From: Mayamaea pseudoterrestris | Lineage: Eukaryota | DNA: 64,000 nt | NCBI GenBank assembly: GCA_027923505.1 | Contig: BROI01000024.1 | Span: 62,001 to 126,000 of the forward strand | Direction of reading: 5' to 3' | Shown here: one piece after another, positions 59,668 through 64,000 of the stretch | How the letters are laid out: the number at the start of each line of letters is the position of its first letter | How positions within the stretch are numbered: the stretch's first letter is position 1 | Position numbers and translations under genes: made by a program | Notes under the pieces: model-generated | What the model saw: the letters and a program-made list of their open reading frames with translations, nothing else | Databases searched by the model: none | Told to the model about the DNA's origin: nothing

Positions 59668-62600
59668 ATGCGACCATTGTTTGGACTCATTTGGCCCTGC
59701 ATCCTTGCATGCGCAGTTCGAAGAGCATCGGCTCAAATAGGCAATGAAGACTATCTTGGGACTTTCACTGACGATGGTGATACAGCTCCAAACTATGTTG
59801 ACGTGTCTCCAACAATTACACAAGACGCCTTGCAGTCGCTCTACAAAGCAACGGGCGGAGCAGCATGGACCAACGCAACCGGCTGGGAAGACTACACTGT
59901 ATTTGTCTGCTCCTACTTTGGCGTCACTTGCTATCCCATGGATTACGTGGATCAGCGACGCGCTGGACAAGTTCAGGCCATTGAACTGCCCGAGAACAAC
60001 CTCGCTGGACCGCTGCCCGGCTCCATCTTTACGCTTCCATACTTGGAGAAGCTAGTGGTGCGGGGCAATCCAGACTTGAAAATGCAACTGAATGACGAAA
60101 ACAACATGGGTTTCGAGCAAGCCAAGTTTTTGAAAGTACTTGATATTAGCTCCACGTCGGTTGAGTCGTTGGCTGGCATTGAGCAAGCGACGCAGCTGGA
60201 GCAGCTTTACATTACCAGTCTCCAATTAGGCGGAACCATTCCGTCGAGCATTTTCCAGTTGTGGTCATTGCGAGGCTTGTACGCAAACTACAATGGCTTT
60301 ACAGGCTCGTTGAGTCCAGAAATTGGAAGCCTGGCGTCGCTGGAGGAGCTTTACCTTTCGGCCAACGATTTAATAGGTCAATTGCCATCGTCGCTCGGCA
60401 GTCTCAGCAAGTTGTCCGTGTTGGCGCTTGGGCAAAACTCGTTTGGAGGAAGTCTGCCGACGGAACTAAATCAATTAACAGAGCTTGAGATACTCGCTCT
60501 CCATCGAATCGAAGGTGAAGAAAAAGGTACAGGAATTAGCTACAAGCTTCCGTCCTTTGCGAACCTTTCCAAGCTTTCGGAATTATACTTGCAGAACCAA
60601 CAAATCACTGGCACCATACCAAGCGATTTTATTCAAAGTGCGTCAGACGCAACTACGATAGTTGTGAACTTATCGGGAAATAATTTAGGCGGTGGCATTC
60701 CTCCAACGCTTGCCAGCAAGCAGCGACTCAACCTCTATCTGGGCAACAATTTAGTAAAGTCTCTTTCCGATGAATTTTGCGCTCAAGTACCCGGTTGGAT
60801 GGATGGAGATGTGGAGAATGCAGGATGCTCGGCCATTTTGTGTCCTCCAGGAACGTGGGCGCCAAAGGGACGAGCGACTGATGGAGACTTGTGTGAAACT
60901 TGTGGGTCAGCGTTTCTGTGGGGTACGACTTACTGCGCCGCAGACGTTCCGCAAGGCGATCCTGTCAACCAAAGAGATGTTCTCACTTTATTTTACGAGT
61001 CAATGGGCGGCCGTTACTGGACTCGTTCGGACAAATGGACGACTGATGCACCCGTTTGTGAGTGGGAAGGCATAACTTGCAATGACAGTATAAATGTTTC
61101 GGAATTAGTACTGCAGAGAAACGGCTTGGCGCAAATGGGAGCGGAGTCTCCGTGGAAGGAGCTTTTTAAACTGCCTGAGCTCGAAATTCTGGATTTGAGC
61201 TCGAATGCCATTACATTCTCCTTTGATGGAATTGCGTCTGCAACTGCCTTGCGAGTGCTGGTGCTGTCGAATACTGAACTCAAATCTACAGATGGTCTCG
61301 AACAGCTTTCATCGATCAATATAGTCCAACTATCCCTCGCGTCGAACCGTCTTAAAGGGCAGCTGCCAGAGTCGCTTTTCCGCCTAACTGCGCTCGAGGA
61401 ACTTGATTTGTCGCTAAATGCATTCTCCGGTCCTCTTTCTAATAACATTTCTCTGCTGGGCGATATAAAGCGCCTTGATATTTCCGGAAACCGATTAACA
61501 GGCGCAATTCCTGCTACGATCGGAGGCTTGACCAAACTATACGACTTACAATTATCGGACAATAAATTTTCTGGGCCATTACCGGCTCAAATTAGCAATC
61601 TCGTCAATCTACAAGATTTGTCTTTGAGCCAGAATAGATTGAGCGGCGCTCTTCCCGCGTTTGGTGATCTCTCGGAGTTGACGTCACTTCGATTGGGAGA
61701 TAATGCGTTGACAGGCGCACTGCCTGAGGCTCTTCTATTGAATACTTTGCGTGGAAAGAATGCGATAGAGCTTCAGCTGAATGACAATCTATTTAGCGGC
61801 GAGATACCTTCTGCTTGGAGTACTCGTTTCGCCAAATTGCTTCTTGATTTATCGAACAATAGAATTACGAGTATCGGTGCCGGCATCTGTAGCAAGTCTG
61901 GCTGGATGGGCGGCGCAGTTGGGGAGCTAGGAAGCACTTGCGATGCGATTCTGTGTCCCGCCGGGACGTATAACGAGTTTGGTCGAAGGACGAATACCAA
62001 CGACTCATGCGAAGATTGTTCCGACGCTATATATATGGGTTCGACTACATGTGATGGAAATACTATGGGCGGTGAAATCGAAATTTTGCGCGCTTTTTAT
62101 CTGTCGACGCATGGTGACGATTGGAGCTCAAATGATGGTTGGACTTCCACTGACAACTATTGCTCATGGTACGGAATAACTTGCGACTCTAACAGGAAAG
62201 TCGCCCGAATAGTTTTGGAGTCAAATGGTTTATACGGTCCAGTTGGCTCGTCGCTTTTTGCGCTGCCGGAGTTGGTTGAATTAAATTTAGCGAAAAATGA
62301 TGTTGTAGTTAACATCAGCGGACTGGCAGCAGCCAATAATCTACAGATACTGAACGTCTCTCGGACTGGGCTTGATTCTCTGGAAGGAATTAGTAAAGCC
62401 TCTCATTTGGCAGAGCTATACGCTGATGAAAACGCTATGCCAGGATATTTCCCCGCCGAGCTTTTGACGCTGACGAGCCTTGTTAAGCTGCACTTGAATT
62501 ACAACATGTACTCTGGTCGGATCCCGGCTAGTATATCCACTCTTGCAAACCTTCAGGAACTCTCCCTGTTCCATAACCGCTTGACTGGTGAGCTACCCGG

Positions 62601-64000
62601 TGCTCTAGGTTCCTTATCGAGTCTGCGCATACTGGCTTTATCGGAAAATAACTTTATCGGCTCCCTTCCTACGGAGCTGAACAATCTCTCGAATCTCGAG
62701 GTACTTGCTATCCAAAGAGAAGGCGGGACAGATGGAACAGCCAAAGATATTGGCATAAATCAAGAAAGGAGTGAAGACGCGGGCCCAGGACTAACAGGTC
62801 GCATCCTTTCCTTTAATGGCCTACCAAAGCTTCGGGAACTATATCTAGGCGTTAACAGTTTGTCAGGAGCTTTACCAGTCGACTTTCTTGACGGAGTTGA
62901 AGACAAATCTGCCTTAATCCAGGTAGACCTTACTTTGAACGACTTGGTAGGCACCGTGCCGAGTTCCTTGGCTCGGTTTGATCAAATGACGCTTTATCTC
63001 GCGGGCAACATGATTTCGGCTATTGCGGAAGGTATCTGTCGGCAGTCAGCTTGGATGAACGGCGAAGTTGGACGGCTAGGATGCGCGGCGATCATGTGCG
63101 AAGCTGGAACATTCAACAAAATTGGACGCGCAGCTGAAACTACCCCTTGTACTTCCTGTGATGACGGCGAGGTTGCGAAATATTACGGTAGCTTTCAATG
63201 TCTTGATGCAGCCGACCAACGTTCATGGGACGATCGCCAAATACTAATCGATTTGTATAAATCAACGGACGGAGGCTCGTGGACAAACTCGGATGGTTGG
63301 CTTGATGACGATATTTCAATCTGCGACTGGTTTGGAATCACATGCACTGAAGGCGGATCTTCTGTTAAGTCCATTCGCTTAGAGCAAAATGGTTTGCGTG
63401 GCAACGTTCCAAGGTCAATTTACGCGCTGCCGCGTCTTCGTGACATTAGTTTTGCCAAGAATGATATCAGTTTCTCCTTCTCGGGGATCGCAACGGCGTC
63501 AAGTCTTGTCTACGTCGACCTCGACAGCACTGGTCTACAATCGCTTCAAGGGATCGAGAGTGCCTCCGGTCTTGAAGTGCTTTCAGTTGCTTCCAATGAT
63601 TTCAAGAATATGTTTCCTGACGCTGTGTTCAGTCTGACCAATCTTCAGTATCTCGAACTCTCTGACAACCTCTTCAATGTGTATTTTCCTATCGCTTTTG
63701 GGAAACTTTTGAATTTGGAGAGCTTATCATGTTCAAGGTGTGGACTTGTCGGCACTCTTCCGTCGAACATTGGGTCGCTGCAGGCGCTCACGTCGCTTAA
63801 ATTGGAGATGAACACCCTGTATGGTTCGCTACCAACGTCGTTTGGCAATTTGCAGTTGCTTTCTGTCCTTGATTTGTCGAACCAGCTTTACAATTCTGAT
63901 GTGATGCAGGGAGCGCAGGCTGGGAAGGTGGGATTTGGAGGTACACTTGATGTGTTTAGCAACTTGACTCAAGCATCAGAGCTTCATCTTCAAAACAATC
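59668..64000 (+). CDS. Giant secreted or cell-surface leucine-rich repeat protein (3'-partial, >1440 aa)
   Basis: ATG at 59668 with signal peptide MRPLFGLIWPCILACAVRRASA. The same frame reads as plant-type LRRs (L..L.L..N.L.G.IP) to the window end. It is absent from the ORF track because no stop falls inside the window. Confidence 0.9.
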   Translation, partial: MRPLFGLIWPCILACAVRRASAQIGNEDYLGTFTDDGDTAPNYVDVSPTITQDALQSLYKATGGAAWTNATGWEDYTVFVCSYFGVTCYPMDYVDQRRAGQVQAIELPENNLAGPLPGSIFTLPYLEKLVVRGNPDLKMQLNDENNMGFEQAKFLKVLDISSTSVESLAGIEQATQLEQLYITSLQLGGTIPSSIFQLWSLRGLYANYNGFTGSLSPEIGSLASLEELYLSANDLIGQLPSSLGSLSKLSVLALGQNSFGGSLPTELNQLTELEILALHRIEGEEKGTGISYKLPSFANLSKLSELYLQNQQITGTIPSDFIQSASDATTIVVNLSGNNLGGGIPPTLASKQRLNLYLGNNLVKSLSDEFCAQVPGWMDGDVENAGCSAILCPPGTWAPKGRATDGDLCETCGSAFLWGTTYCAADVPQGDPVNQRDVLTLFYESMGGRYWTRSDKWTTDAPVCEWEGITCNDSINVSELVLQRNGLAQMGAESPWKELFKLPELEILDLSSNAITFSFDGIASATALRVLVLSNTELKSTDGLEQLSSINIVQLSLASNRLKGQLPESLFRLTALEELDLSLNAFSGPLSNNISLLGDIKRLDISGNRLTGAIPATIGGLTKLYDLQLSDNKFSGPLPAQISNLVNLQDLSLSQNRLSGALPAFGDLSELTSLRLGDNALTGALPEALLLNTLRGKNAIELQLNDNLFSGEIPSAWSTRFAKLLLDLSNNRITSIGAGICSKSGWMGGAVGELGSTCDAILCPAGTYNEFGRRTNTNDSCEDCSDAIYMGSTTCDGNTMGGEIEILRAFYLSTHGDDWSSNDGWTSTDNYCSWYGITCDSNRKVARIVLESNGLYGPVGSSLFALPELVELNLAKNDVVVNISGLAAANNLQILNVSRTGLDSLEGISKASHLAELYADENAMPGYFPAELLTLTSLVKLHLNYNMYSGRIPASISTLANLQELSLFHNRLTGELPGALGSLSSLRILALSENNFIGSLPTELNNLSNLEVLAIQREGGTDGTAKDIGINQERSEDAGPGLTGRILSFNGLPKLRELYLGVNSLSGALPVDFLDGVEDKSALIQVDLTLNDLVGTVPSSLARFDQMTLYLAGNMISAIAEGICRQSAWMNGEVGRLGCAAIMCEAGTFNKIGRAAETTPCTSCDDGEVAKYYGSFQCLDAADQRSWDDRQILIDLYKSTDGGSWTNSDGWLDDDISICDWFGITCTEGGSSVKSIRLEQNGLRGNVPRSIYALPRLRDISFAKNDISFSFSGIATASSLVYVDLDSTGLQSLQGIESASGLEVLSVASNDFKNMFPDAVFSLTNLQYLELSDNLFNVYFPIAFGKLLNLESLSCSRCGLVGTLPSNIGSLQALTSLKLEMNTLYGSLPTSFGNLQLLSVLDLSNQLYNSDVMQGAQAGKVGFGGTLDVFSNLTQASELHLQNN

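Noticed and set aside
59563..63848. Many short ORFs listed in the track across the last 4.4 kb
   Set aside because: They are shadow or antisense frames of the single long LRR reading frame starting at 59668.

Overview
Gene-dense eukaryotic nuclear DNA, most likely from a diatom. The inference rests on short GT-AG introns, bipartite signal-peptide/AF-type plastid targeting motifs, a nucleus-encoded sigma-70 factor, mitochondrial HslV and a helicase-associated-domain protein. About 31 protein genes are present: sigma factor, COG8, thylakoid processing peptidase, RRP9, PPR, SGF29, SWEET, HslV, CID protein, TYW3 fusion, ERGIC/PDI-C, NOG1-like GTPase, CNOT10, HA-domain protein, syntaxin-18, GNAT/AT-hook protein, mtHsp70, GET2-like, MCM4, MO25, fucosyltransferase-like, TRF4-like polymerase, ARM protein, PRP40 and a giant LRR protein that runs off the window and is missing from the ORF track. 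Main highlights: (1) TYW3 is fused to a methyltransferase with signatures of archaeal Trm5a/Taw22 (PRPK instead of NLPK), a candidate one-protein methylwyosine (mimG) synthase in a eukaryote; (2) a 550-bp hAT-type non-autonomous transposon with a perfect 8-bp TSD sits inside the SWEET coding sequence; (3) a modular cap-LRR-Cys-rich surface protein; (4) a probable GET2/CAML homologue; (5) a CpG-depleted tandem duplication. All family assignments come from motif recognition by eye; no database searches were run.
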